DNA of 64,000 bases from Centroscyllium fabricii (taxonomy: Eukaryota). A program made the position numbers and the translations under genes. Shown piece after piece: positions 33,470-46,100 of the stretch (position 1 is the first letter of the stretch; every line of letters begins with the position of its first letter). The notes beneath the pieces were generated by a model. That model was not told the DNA's origin, did no database searches, and saw nothing but the letters and a program-made list of their open reading frames with translations. The DNA lies in contig JBNRSN020000008.1 in the NCBI GenBank assembly GCA_051313645.2, positions 169,198,001-169,262,000 of the forward strand, given 5' to 3'.

Positions 33470-34520
33470 GCCAGCCACCTGTAGTTGAAGTGTAAGCTTA
33501 CGCGAATCTGGCATGGATGAGTGCATTCCTCTCCTGACGGGCAGCAATGTGGTCGAGTGCTGCTGCATTGGCCACATCCGGCCCCGCAAGGCATGCCTCC
33601 TCCTCCTCGTCCTCCTTCTCTTCTTTAGAGGAGGCTCTGTGCTGAGCCACTTGTTCCTCAGGCAGCTGCAAGCCATGCTGCTGTGCAGGGCTTAGCAAAC
33701 CACGATGATTCTGGACACCTTGGGTGGTGCATACTGCTGGGCTCCACCAGATCTATCGAGGCATCTGAATCGCATTTTGAGCAAGCCGATGGTTTGCTCT
33801 ATGCTGCTTCTGGTGGAAATGTGACTTGCATTGTACCGCTCCTCAGCCTCGTTTGATGGCCTCGTCAGTGTCATGAGCCACTTTTTCAGGTGATAGCCCT
33901 TGTCGCCAAGTAGCCATCCAGAAAGTTGCGTTGGCAGATTGAAGAGCTGAGGCACAGTAGACTACTGCAGGATGAAGGAGTCATGGCAACTGCCAGGGAA
34001 CTTGTGCAAACATGCATAATGTTCTTCCTGTGGTTACACACCAGCTGAACATTAGGGGAGTGGTAGCCCTTGTGGTTCACACATACAGCTGGATTGTGAT
34101 GGGGTGCCTCAATGGCCACATGTGGGGTCTATGACGCCCTGCACCCTTGGCAAGCCTGCCATATTTGCAAAGCCAACCGCACGCACGGTCACACTTGCTT
34201 CATCCGTGGAGAAGTGGATGTAATTATGTGACTTTGCAAAGAGGGTATCAGTGACCTGCGTGATACAGGTCTGCGGCCGACTGGGAGAGGCCACTGATGA
34301 TCCCTGGAAGGACCCTGAAGCACAGTATTTGAGTGCGTTGGTGACTTTGACAGCCACTGGTAAGGGGTGTCCATCTGCTCCTCTGGGCTCCAGGTGTGGG
34401 TGCAGCATTGTGCAGATGTCAGCGACTACGTCTCGCGGAAGTCTCAGCCTCCTTTGGCACTGCTACTCTGTCAGTTGAGGAAGCTCACCCTTGGCCTGTA
34501 AACCCTGTGTTGGGGGTATC
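33470..34520 (-). pseudogene. Harbinger (HARBI1-like) DDE transposase, frameshifted
   Basis: Fragments [37 protein letters not shown] and [18 protein letters not shown]. Confidence 0.9.
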
Positions 34521-35149
34521 TGGTGCGGCGAGGTGCAGGCCTGAGCTGTTGCCCTCTGCAACATCAGGTGGGTGAGGAGGAGGTTGGCACTCGTGTTGTT
34601 ACTTTTGTTGTTGTGACTGGTTCTGCTGCCGCCGCGGCTGCTCTTCCTCCAAATCGGACGACCAGGATGAAAGGATATAAATGGTTCCCATCCCGCTGGT
34701 ATATATCTCAGTCGAGGAATGGAGGTTGTGAGTGCTCAGACAAAGTGGCCAGAGGGTATTCTAAGGAGGTCACATTGCAGATGGATTTCGGCATCAACAC
34801 ACACAAGATTAGCAGAGCTGCAAAAAGTGTCCCAAACCTTAAAGCACGAAGTTGCAGCTCTGAAACTATGAGAAATTGCAGGACCGCTTTTGAGCTGATC
34901 GAGCAGCCGCCAACAATTCAGGTCCTCGCTAAACCCGGCTCGATTCAGCTGGCGTGTTTTTCTGAAGGCGGGCAGCACACAGAAAAAGCTGCAAAATTCC
35001 ATCAGGCAGTTAAAATATTATCCGGGCACTTAACAAGCCGTTAACTGCCTTAAGTGCCTGTCCTGCCGTTTGGTGTTGGGTCTGGTTGGGAGTTGCTGAC
35101 CCGACATTTGCCAAAGTAGCGTGGAGGCGGGTTCGCAGCCCGTTGTCAA

Positions 35150-35547
35150 GGGGCGGCACGGTGGCACAGTGGTTAGCACTGTTGTCTCACAGCACTGGAG
35201 ACCCGGGTTCAAATCCAGCCTCGGGTGACTATCTGTGTGGAGTTTGCACATTCTCCCCGTGTCTGCGTGGGTTTCCTCCGGGTGCTCCGGTTTCCTCCCA
35301 CAGTCCAAAGATGTGCGGGTTAGGTTGATTGGCCATGATAAATTGACCCTCAGTGTTAGGGGGATTGAATATGTGGGGTTACGGGGATAGGGTGGGATAT
35401 GTGTCGATGCAGGCTCGATAGGCATATGGGGAGAGGGCAGGGACAGGGTGCTGGGTTTGGATGATCAGCCGTGATCTCATTGAATGGTGGAGCAGGCTCG
35501 AAGGGCCGAATGGCCTACGCCTGCTCCTAGTTTCTATGTTTCTATGT
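35150..35547 (+). mobile_element. tRNA-derived HE1-type SINE
   Basis: A box tggcacagtgg, B box ggttcaaatcc, V-SINE-like core (tgtgtggagtttgcacattctccccgtgtctgcgtgggtttcctccgg), and a CR1-like tail (TTTCTATG)n. Confidence 0.9.
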
Positions 35548-36556
35548 TACCGATTTTCGCTACCAACCCACCTCCAAACCCGCCCTCTGAGGTCTATTAC
35601 ATTTGCGGCCTATGCCTTTATTTATAAAGCACAGGATCCCATATGATTTTTTTAACTGTTTCCACCCATTCCACAGAACTGTTTAGTGCAACTGTGGCGC
35701 AAGAACGGAGTTATGCTGTACTTATCCATGGAAATTCACACGTAACTGATTCACCCCAGTTTTATGTTTAAACTTCCCTATGCGCAAATTTGCTTGTTCG
35801 TTTGTGCTGCCAAAACCCTCTGTTACTCATTAACATAGCTCCATCATCCATGCAAAAGATCAGCTCATGCCAGTTTTCGGCATTTACTTGAATAATGCAC
35901 TGTCGGAGATCGACACCCAAACAGTTAGACGCAGCACAACGTAAAATCTCCTTATATCGTCGTAACTGATATTTTGAGAGTTTGATGGCAGTTTTATTTG
36001 CTAGTGCAAGGCTCAGTAAAAAAGAAAAATTGCAAAGTGCTGTCGGTGTCAGATGCCCACCTCTACCCCTCACATGTTCCGAGTGGGCTTCCCAATGGGA
36101 ATAACCCGGTTGTGCATAATAATGGCAGAGGAGCAGCAGAGACAAGAGGCTCTGAGAGTAAGGCACCCTGGCAGAAGACGGCAGCTGTTACCCCTACTGA
36201 TGTCACTGCATTTACGCTTGCTGTACACTGGTTTTCCGTTCTGGCGTAGACAGAGGAGATCTACAGGAAATTTCTGCATAAGTTCCTGTTGGCAAAATCG
36301 GCACAGAAACCAGCGCAAAATTGGACCTAATTTTTGTCTAAGTGCAATCCAGGAGATTAGATGCCACTACTCCGATTGTATTCACTTGATTTCATACAAT
36401 CTTCACCTTTATGCTTTCATTTTATAATCAGCTTACTTGTAGGTTGGTTCTTACAACTGGGGCAGCAAGTAGGGGAGCTGGATTCCTATGCTATACCACT
36501 GGTTGACCAGCAGGACAAGTATATTCATGAGACGAGACAGATGGATAAAACATTAA

Positions 36557-37220
36557 GGGGGCTAAATTCGGTGGATTTGCACCTCCCCATTAGCGCTAAC
36601 GGGGCGCAAATCAACTAGCGACTGGGTGCGGCGCCGCTAACGCCTCCCGTGAAATTCAGCGGGAGGTTAGCGTTGGCGCTAACCATTAGCGCCGCGCGGC
36701 GCTGCCGGAAATGTCATGGCTGTGCGCAGCACCCAAGCTGTAGTATTGGGTGGTGGCCCCTGATTTACCACCGGACGCTATGTCTGCCAGGGTCGGGGGG
36801 CCAACCTGCAGCCGGGGCGGCATTCGTTAAAGGGGAGGTGGCAGGCAGCCATTTTTGTTGCTGGACACCTGCCAGCAGCTGTCCCCGGCCCCAGTGAAGT
36901 GCCCCCGTGGGGTGCTGGCTGCTCTCCGTGAGTCTGGCACTCGAGGAATGCCAGGCTCGTTTGCCGGCAGTCCCGATCCTGGTGGGCCAGCTGGGCCCTG
37001 GGTCGCGCTGCGCCAGGCCCCTCCCCTTTAATAAGGGGAGGAAGGCCTGCAGTACTGCAGCACGATGTGCCGCAGTGCCAGGTAGCGTCGCGATATTGGC
37101 TCGCAGCGCCCCAAGAGGGACGCGAGGCGCTTCCAGTAGCGCCACTCCTCCCTCTCGGGGCGATACCTGGGAAAACCGCCGTGGGGGTCCTAAATTTTTC
37201 GGGGCGCTAATTTTTACCCC
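36557..37220. mobile_element. Harbinger-type MITE
   Basis: TAA|gggggctaaatt ... aatttttacccc|TAA, with subterminal tagcgc/gcgcta repeats. Confidence 0.8.
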
Positions 37221-37947
37221 TAAATCTCTCAAACATAACTGAACCTTTTAAAATAAACTGGTGATTACTAATAAATCTGATCATATTTGCAATCAACAAG
37301 TTGCAGCAGGCCATTAATGAATTCAAACCTAACTCCATATTCGTATGAGCTTTGTAACTATACAATCCTCTTATTACTCCAGCATCTAGCCATGAAAATA
37401 CTCAAGATTTGATGAATTTATAAACTAATATCTTGCTTTATCACACACCAATAGAAAAGTTCCAAATACCCAAACCTGCTCAGAGCATTTACGCTTTAAT
37501 ACCTGTAGTAATTTTCCTGCATGAAAACAATTAGCATATAATTATTCACAATATCCAAACTGCGCCTGCACTTGAAATAAAATATACTTGAAGAAATTGG
37601 GGACTTTTTAAAAAGCAAAAAATGGTGACTAATTTCATTATTTACTTCTAACAATAGAAGTATTAAAACCACAGAAATGAGAAAAGATCATTCAATGTGT
37701 TCTTTCACTCAGGATTTTTATCTTCCTCCTGCTTTTGCACCTACATGCCTTTACTACCTGTTGAATCAAGAATTGGTTCATTGCTTTGTGAACATTTCAA
37801 TCAAGTCAACATTTATTATGTGTGAAAAACGCCAAAAATGGAATTCAAGCAGCAGAGGAAGCTGAAAAGCTCAGGGGAAAGTAAAGCAAAATTAAACTTG
37901 AAATATTCAGGCACTGTTCAAGAAATTCTAAACTGTTGAAGTCTTAC

Positions 37948-38046
37948 CAGAACTACAGGACATATGTAGGAAGGAAGTAAAATGTGGTCTTTTAGTTGGC
38001 CACCATCACATTCAGGTTTAGTATGTGGGACACATTTGTTGTGAAG
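37948..38046 (-). CDS. DGKG: Diacylglycerol kinase (type I, most likely gamma) internal exon: end of second C1 domain
   Basis: 99-bp phase-0 exon between acceptor tttctttattgcAG and donor GTaaga. It translates [33 protein letters not shown], the C1b-ending exon of type-I DGKs. CDGG and HILLP favour DGKG over DGKB (CDCG, HILPP), from memory of those sequences. Confidence 0.88.
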
Positions 38047-38116
38047 CTGCAATAAAGAAATACAAGCAATAAGTAACTCAAGCTAGACATGACGAACAGC
38101 TAAAGATAAATATATT

Positions 38117-38986
38117 GGGCCAGAAATTCGGGTGCCTCGCAGCAGTTGCCCACGCACGGAGGGGGGCCAATATGCCCCGTGCGATGAATGCACGGGGGAT
38201 GCCCACGGATCGGAGCTTTCCGATGCTGAGGGAGAAGGGCCCTCAGCATCAAACGCAGGAGTGAGTTGCACCCAAAAATTCGGATGGAAGAGGGTGATAA
38301 TTGCTGCGTGATTCTGTGGGCAACGGGCCCACAAGCTGCACGGGAGAAAAGCAGTAGTAACTCGTGCGTGAGGGAGAGCAGTGCGTTCCTAAACAAGGTA
38401 AGTTACTTTTTTACCTTTAATTTTAAGTTTTAACAGTTTTTGGGAGTAATGTGGCCAGATCGGTAGCATTAACTTTGGAAGTTAAAGTTTTAAAACAAAA
38501 TTTACAAATCCGATTTTCAATTACTATACCTGTTGCAAATCGCTAATTTTTAAATTTAAAGTTCTGAAATTTTTAACTATTTTAGTTAAGTTAAAAAACT
38601 AAGAGAAAAAATCGCTGACTTACCTCCGGTGAAAAGCTGCTCTAGCCGCGCTGCTCACTGCCGAGTCTGTGGGTGCAGCGCCTCACGTCCCTGCTCTCTT
38701 AAAGGTCCGACTCTGAAACAGGGGGCGTTTTTTAATTTAAATTAGGGATCTGTGGGCGTTTTTTAATTTAAATTAGGGATCTGTGGGCGGGGCATCACTG
38801 CTGCCCATGCACGACGGCAGCGCATACACTGCGCTCCTAGCGTGGCTGGACTGCCACGCAGCGCAGGAACGGGGCGGAGCCAACCCGAAGGTCTGGGAGT
38901 AAAAAATGTGCGATGTTGGTGCGGTTCGAAAGGTGTCCGCAGGGTCCTAGCATCCGCACCAACCGGCACACCCGAATTTCTGGCCC
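38117..38986. mobile_element. Harbinger-type MITE
   Basis: Perfect 18-bp TIRs gggccagaaattcgggtg. A related copy in the opposite orientation lies at 41870-42720. Confidence 0.85.
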
Positions 38987-39444
38987 AATGATCAATGATC
39001 GAGGGTGATACAACAAAATATATTCTAATGTAATTCACCGAAGACAAGAATCGAAGCTCAAGGATCATATGTTGATATATTACGATTAAAACAATGTGTA
39101 CCCTTTTCAAACAATTATTTTTATCGAAAATATTGCAACCACAAAGCAAAAGACAAGGAGTGAAAGTACATGAAGTCCTCGGTGCACAAGTAGCCGAGGA
39201 CTGGAAGCAGGTTGCCCATAAGCTGCAGAGCAAAATATGGCCTGGAGAAAAATAAGAGCATTTGGTAAGCGAGGAAATAAAAACAAGGATCAATAATTAA
39301 TAAAAAACTAAACTCGGGCTATGTTTGACACATTAGCTTAGAAATTAAGGTCGTCTTCATACTGGGTCATTTCAGGTAGCACTGATGTATCTGTGAATAA
39401 AGTCTGTATGCTGAACGCAGTCATTTGTGAAAATGCAGTAGATT

Positions 39445-40580
39445 TCACAATCTGTGGATTTTCTGAAAGGTGTTTGACAAGGTGCTGCACAAGATGCTTG
39501 TGGATAAAATTAAGGTCCATGGTATTATAGGAATTGGGGCTGCACGGATTGGAAATTGGTTGAAAGATAGAAAACAGAGGGTAGTGGTGAATGGATTTTT
39601 ATTGGACTGGGGATATATAAACACTGGCATTCCTCAGGAGTCAGCGTTGGGTCCATTGACCGTCTTTATTCATATATAGACGAGCTGGTTATAGGGGCAC
39701 AATATCAACATTTGCAGACCACACTAAAATAGAGACTGTGATTAACTGAAAAGGATCGTCAATGATTTCACAAAGACACAGATAGGCTAGTAGATTGGAC
39801 AGATGTCAACTGAAATGTAACGCACAGAGATGTGACATGATACATTTTAGGAGGAAAAATTAAGGCTTGGACATAAACATTAAATGATGACTTTAAGGAA
39901 CAAAGACACTTCGGAGTTTCCAATACACAAATCTTTAAAAGTGGGAGAACAAGTTGATAAAGTTGTACAAATTGTATATTGGATCCTAGCTTTCATAAAT
40001 AGGGGCATAGAGTACATAAGCAATGAGATAATGCAAAACCTATATAAGTTATTGATTATGGTTAGAATACTGTATCCAGTTTTGGGTGCTCTACTTCAGG
40101 AAGGATGCCAAGGCCATACATGGAGAGGGTACAGAAGATAGTCACTAAGATATCAGGGATGAGAACTTTGTGGTTTTGAGATGAGACTAGAAAACTGAAC
40201 CAATTATCATTAGAACAGAGAAGGTTAAGAGGAGATCTGATATGGTGTGCACAATTAAGAGGGATTTTGATAAGGTAAATAAGGAAAAAGGAAAAAACTA
40301 TTTCCACTGATTGGTGAGTCAGTAACCAGAGGGCATAAATTTATCACCACCTATAGAAAAAAAGGAGACATTAGGAGAAACTTTTTATCCAGAGATTTTT
40401 TAGGACCTGAAGCAATGTTGGAAGCAAAAGGCATAATTGATTTTAAAAGGGAAGACTATAAGTACCTGTATTTGAAATAGTCAATTTTAAAAGGGTTTGG
40501 GAAAATGACAGGGAAATAGAACTAAGTGTATAGTTCTTTCAGTGAGCGCTGGCTCATGTGATGGGCCAAATTGCTGCCTG
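39445..40580 (+). mobile_element. Highly degenerate CR1 LINE fragment
   Basis: FDKVLHKML..WLKDRKQRVVVNG..GIPQESALGP. Confidence 0.8.
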
Positions 40581-40851
40581 TAAAACTCTGTTTATGTGAA
40601 TGCCAATAATGCAGAAGTTGTTTCTTACAGGTGTATTTCACAAACCTGCAGCAAATTTGGCAATACTGAAGGATATTTCTGTATGACCATAGTCCAGCTG
40701 ATGTACATTCTCTGTGCTAGGTATAAAATTCCAATTTGTGCCATTGCCCCTTCTATGCTAATAGTCTCACTGGTTTGCTTTTACCTGCATCATTTGATTC
40801 CAGTTCCAAAGTGACACTTTTGCTGAATAAATGAGCTAAAAGGTAGTTGTA

Positions 40852-41628
40852 CAGCTACACAATCCGTTATCCAAAACCCTTGGGACCGGACGGGCCTCGG
40901 ATTTCTTCGGTTTTCGGAATGGTGCCCTACACTCGGAGATACCCGGCCACTACACACATGCTGGGCTGAATTTTGCCGACACTCAGAGGGCGGGTTTGGA
41001 GGCGGGTCCCGCTGCCAAAATCAAAAAGATTGACAGCGGACTGGTATCCCGCTCTGAATCCACCTCGATAGCGGGCTGGTATCCCGCTCTGAACCCAACT
41101 CCTTGACAGTTTCCCCAAGTGCCGTTTCTACCTGTGCTTTGCAGACACGTCACTAGGCGATTGTGCTCGTTGGGCAGGGGGGGGGGGGGTGTTTATAAAG
41201 TAATTAAATCCCCATTTTCTCAGCTCCAAAGCATTTTGCTAAGTTTTCTACGAGGTTCCTGTTGCTCAGGGATCACACCAGGTAAGTATGTTGTGTTCTA
41301 ATCAACTCTGCATTTCTTTCATAGGTGACAGCTGCAAAAGTGGTTGAAATTCTGCCATTTTACAGCTGGTCAGTTTCCAAACTCAGAAGCGCAGATCGCA
41401 CGTGCATTGCCGTGTTGACGGCCCAGTGCGCAGGCTGAAACGGTAGGAGATTGTGGGCTCGGGGAGGAATTGGACCCGCGGGTCCATTAAAAAAAATTGT
41501 TATGTGCTACTATCTTGTTAATTTTACTTTTATCACTGGATTATAATGAATTAGCTTTCAAAACGGGTCATGGGACCTCCGAAACAACTTTCGGTTTTCG
41601 GAGGTACGGATAAGGGATTGTGTACCTG
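40852..41628. mobile_element. Tigger/pogo-like MITE, probably with an internal Harbinger-MITE fragment
   Basis: TA|cagctacacaatccgttatcc ... ggataagggattgtgtacctg|TA. Confidence 0.8.
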
Positions 41629-41869
41629 TATTGTAATTCATATATGGTACTTCACTGGTAAAGCACAGAAATGTAGAATTAAGAAAATGCTTTGGGCTCC
41701 CAACCCATGGTAATATTCAATTCAATTTCAATTTAAAAAACTTTATTGGCATGACAGGATACATCCCTATGTTGCCAAAGTATAAAACATAACATACATA
41801 GTTAAAATGCATAGATACAGATACAAATATACAATGTATGGGCAGATATGCCCCTGTACATATGTATAT

Positions 41870-42720
41870 GGGCCAGAAATTAGGGTCTCCCGTTTGGTGC
41901 GGGTGCCTGTCCATGCGGACCCCTAATGCACCGCACCATAAAAATCGCATATTTTTAACGGTAAAAAATTGCAGTCTTCTACTTACCGTTCCTGGGCTGC
42001 ATGGCAGTCCAGCCACGCTAGGTGCGCTATATATGCACTGCCGTCGTGCGTGCGTTGGAGTGATGCCCCGCCCACTAATCCCTAATTTAAATAGAAAACG
42101 GCCCCTGCTTCACAGACGGACTTCGCAGGGAGCAGGGACGTGAGGCCTCGATTAGCACCACGCCCACTGCTGCACACACAGACTCGGCAGTGAGCAATGG
42201 CGGCCAGATCAGATTTTCAACGGAGGTAAGTCTCAGCGATTTTTTTCTCTAACTTTTTTAAATTAAGGAAATAGTTAAACATTTCGGAAGTTAAAATTTA
42301 AAAATAACTAATTTGGAACAGAAAGCAGTGTGTTTAAAAATTGAAAATCCGATTTTAAAAATTAATAAAAAAACTAACGACCAATTTAAATTACTCAGAA
42401 AAATTGATAAAACTTAAAATTAAAGGTAAAAAAGTCACTTACTTTGTTGAAGAACGCACTGCTCTCACCAACGCAGTTAACGACTGCTTTTTTCCCGTGC
42501 TAATTCAGGCCCATTAGCGCACAGATAGCACACAGAATAACACCCAAAAACATCGGGATTTTTGGGTGCTATTCTTTTGTGCGTTGGATGATGAGGCCTC
42601 CTCTGCCTCAGCATCGGAAAGCCCGGATCCCTGCGCTATCCCCGTGCGATGGCTAGCACGGGGAAATCGGCCCCTCTCCGTGCGGGTGCTAATGGTGCGA
42701 GGCACCCGAATATCTGGCCC
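41870..42720. mobile_element. Harbinger-type MITE
   Basis: TAT|gggccagaaattaggg ... cccgaatatctggccc|TAT. It is absent from the paralogous LINE copy near 20550. Confidence 0.88.
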
Positions 42721-42756
<36 letters not shown>

Positions 42757-43126
42757 ATACATCTGTAACCTTTTATCAGTTGCTACACGTTCTTGCAGTT
42801 ACAAACAGTATAATAATTAGTGTTGATTAGTCTCTGTTTGTGTGTGCGTGCATGTTGGTCATTCACTGTCTCTCAGATTGTGGCATACTGTTACGTATTG
42901 TGCACCAAGCTGTACCCTATTTCCCTCGCCAAGGATTATTCTTAGTTTTGATATATCATCTAGTACTTTGAAATCTGGGATTGCCAAGCTTAATTTGTCA
43001 AAGTATGTTTTCCTTGTTTTGTCGAATTTTTTGCATTTTAGGAGGAAGTGCACCTCTGTTTCAACCTCATCTGTCAAGCAGTGACCACATATTCTATTTT
43101 CTCTTGGCTGCCAGGATTTCTTCTGT

Positions 43127-46100
43127 TGTAGAGGTATGCAGGCCTGAAGAACCACGCTGGACACAGAGGATTCGGAAAACAATCATTTAATGTTAACACA
43201 ACTAGGGCCAGGTAGCAAAGAGACTGAGCCACCTGGATCCAAGGTATTTAAAGGACCCGCGGTTGGTGACGTCACTGCCGGGTGTCCACCTGGCGACGTC
43301 ATCACGCCGGAAGTCGCGGTGACGTCATCACGCTGCCCGGCGGGTGGGGCCGTCTCGCAGTACTCCCGAGGCGGATTCGATGGTCCTGGTGGGTGTGTCG
43401 CCACACAGCTCCCCCCCAGAATCTGTGAGGGAGAGCGAAGTTTAAGCTAAAGTAGAAAGGAGCATAAAGTAAAATAAAAAAATGGAGCATAAAAGTTGAG
43501 TCTCAGGCGAGGTGTTGAGGTGGCCTGATGATGCGGCCCGCCCGTGTAGTCTCAGGCAAGGTGTTGAGGTGGCCTGATGATGCGGCCAGCACGTGTCGTG
43601 CGCTGCTCCTTGTTCTGCGTGGGAGTGTGGGCGGGCTTTGGTGCGGTAGGATGTCCGCGCTTTGGTGGCTGCGCGGGGACTGTTGTCTCCCCCGCCATTA
43701 CATGTGCCGGTTTGAGCCGGTCGATTGAGACAGTCTCAGCTCTGTTGCCCATTTTAATCTGGAATGTTTTAGGTCCCGCCCGAAGCACTCTGTACGGTCC
43801 GTCGTACGGTGGCTGTAGTGGTGTTCGATGTGCGTCGTGGCGGACAAACACATACTTGGCATTTTCGATGCCGTCTGGAACACGTGCTGCCGGCTCTCCG
43901 TGCCGGGCCACCGGAAGTGGTTTGAACGCCGCTGCCTGGTTATTGAATTCATGAGGCAGCGGTCGGCTGACCAGGGGGCGTTGGTTTCTGCGACGAACTC
44001 GCCTGGTACGGTTAGGGGTTGGCCATAGACAAGTTCCGCCGCTGAGGCGTGCAGGTCTTCCTTGGCCGCTGAACGCAGGCCGAGCATTACCCAGGGCAGG
44101 CGGTCGGTCCAGGTCGCGTCTTTGAGGCTGGCCCGCAAGAAAGCTTTGATGGAGCGGTGGAACCGTTCGCAGAGGCCATTGGCCTGTGGGTGGTAGGCGG
44201 TGGTTCGGTGCAGGGTTGCCCCGAGGTCGTGGGCGATGGTTGCCCATAGGGTTGAGGTAAATTGGGGGCCCCTGTCTGATGTGATGTCGGAGGGGACGCC
44301 GAAACGTGCGACCCAAGTGGCAATGAAGGCCCTGGCCAGGTCCGCGGTGGTGGTACCGGTGAGGGGGACCGCTTCTGGCCAGCGGGTGCTGCGGTCGACC
44401 ATGGTCATGACATGTGTATGTCCCCGTGATGGTGGTAGTGGTCCGACCAGGTCGATGTGGACGTGGCTGAAGCGTCTAGCTGGGATGGCGATCGTTTCCA
44501 CTGGTGCCTTGATGTGCTTATGCACCTTGGTGCGCTGGCAGGCATTGCAGGTGTTGGTCCAGGCGCGGACATCCTTGCGCAGGCCGCGCCAAACGAATCG
44601 CGCAGAGATCAGCTTTGTGGACGCGCGGACACCAGGGTGGGACAGGTCATGGAGGGTCTGGAAGATGTGTCGCCTCCATGCGTGGGGGACGATGGGTCTG
44701 GGCTGCGGGAGGGAGACGTCGCAGCGGACCGCCGTGGCTGTGGGCCCGTGTGCTACGGTGGCCAAGAGCAGGCCGGGGAGGTTGGTAGCTGGGTCGAGCA
44801 GATCGGGGTCGGTCAGTTGGTCGGCCGCCAGTTTGGCGTAGTCGACGGCCGTTTGAACGGAGTTGATGGTGGGGCGTGAGAGGCAGTCAGCGACCACGTT
44901 GTCGCGGCCGGCGATGTGCTGTATGTCGGTGGTAAACTCCGACACAGCCGTGAGCTGGCGCTGCTGCCTGGCCGACCAGGGTTCGGCGATCTTAGCCATT
45001 GCAGACACAAGTGGCCTGTGATCTACGAAGGCTGTAAAGTGGCGGCCCTCTAGGAGGAAGCGGAAGTGGCGCACTGCGAGGTAGAGAGCGAGTAGCTCCC
45101 TATCGAAGGCACTGTACTTGACCTCCGGGGGCCGGAGTTGTCGGCTGAAAAAGGCCAGGGGTTGCCAGGAGTCGCCTGTCCACTGCTCAAAGACTGCTCC
45201 GACGGCACGGTCGGAGGCGTCGGTGGTGAGGGCTACTCTGGCGTTGGGCCTAGGGTGGCTGAGGAGCGTGGCGTTAGCCAGGGCGGTTTTGGTTGCGGTA
45301 AAGGTGGTGGAGGCTTCGGCCGTCCACTCGACCGCAGCCTTGTTGGACTGCCCGCGGGTGGCCTGATAGAGGGGTGCCATGAGGGCGGCTGCTCCTGGGA
45401 TGAAGCGGTTATAGAAGTTAACCATCCCGAGGAATTCCTGCAGCCCCTTGATGGAGTGCGGGCGGGGGAATTCCTGAACTGCCTGCACCTTGGAGGGCAG
45501 GGGTATGGCCCCGGTCTGGGAGATGTGGTGGCCGAGGAAGTCGATCGTCTCGAGGCCGAATCGACATTTGGAGGGGCTTAATATAAGGCCGTGTTCGGCC
45601 AGGCGGTTGAAAAGGGCCCGGAGATGGAGGAGGTGTTCCTGGGGGGAGGTGCTGGCCACGAGGATGTCGTCTAGGTAGACGAACGTGAACTGCAAGTCCC
45701 GCAGGACTGAGTCCATGAGGCGTTGGAAGGCCTGGGCCGCGTTTTTGAGTCCGAAGGGCATTCGGAGGAATTCAAATAATCCAAATGGGGTAATGACGGC
45801 TGTCTTAGGGACGTCCGCCGGGTGCACTGATACCTGGTGGTAGTCCCGTACCAGGTCGATCTTGGAAAAGACCGTGCAGCCGGCTAGCCTTGCTGAGAAA
45901 TCTTGGATGTGGGGGACGGGGTACCTGTCCGGGGTGGTGGCGTTGTTGAGGTGGCGGTAGTTTCCGCAGGGGCGCCAGCCGCCGCCGGGTTTGGGGGCAA
46001 TGTGGAGGGGGGAGGCCCAGGGGCTGCTGGAGCGGCGGATTATGCCGAGTTGTTCCATGATGTGGAACTCGGCGTGCGCGATCTCCAGCTTGGCCGGGTC

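Larger units (their letters stand above)
29944..35610. mobile_element. Full-length but decayed PIF/Harbinger DNA transposon
   Basis: TAT|ggccgcaaatttaat ... attacatttgcggcc|TAT: 15-bp TIRs with 1 mismatch and a 3-bp TSD. It carries convergent Myb/SANT and transposase genes. Confidence 0.92.

Noticed and set aside
35150-35225. tRNA-like A/B boxes
   Set aside because: These are the head of a tRNA-derived SINE, not a tRNA gene. The same applies at 62281.
35768-36166. 132-aa minus-strand ORF in the DGK intron
   Set aside because: No recognisable domain and weak splice signals. The two flanking DGK exons already join in frame.
38763-39293. 176-aa Cys-rich ORF considered as a DGK C1 exon
   Set aside because: It lacks C1 spacing and the expected HxWVEGN..HCVWC sequence, and it runs into a MITE.
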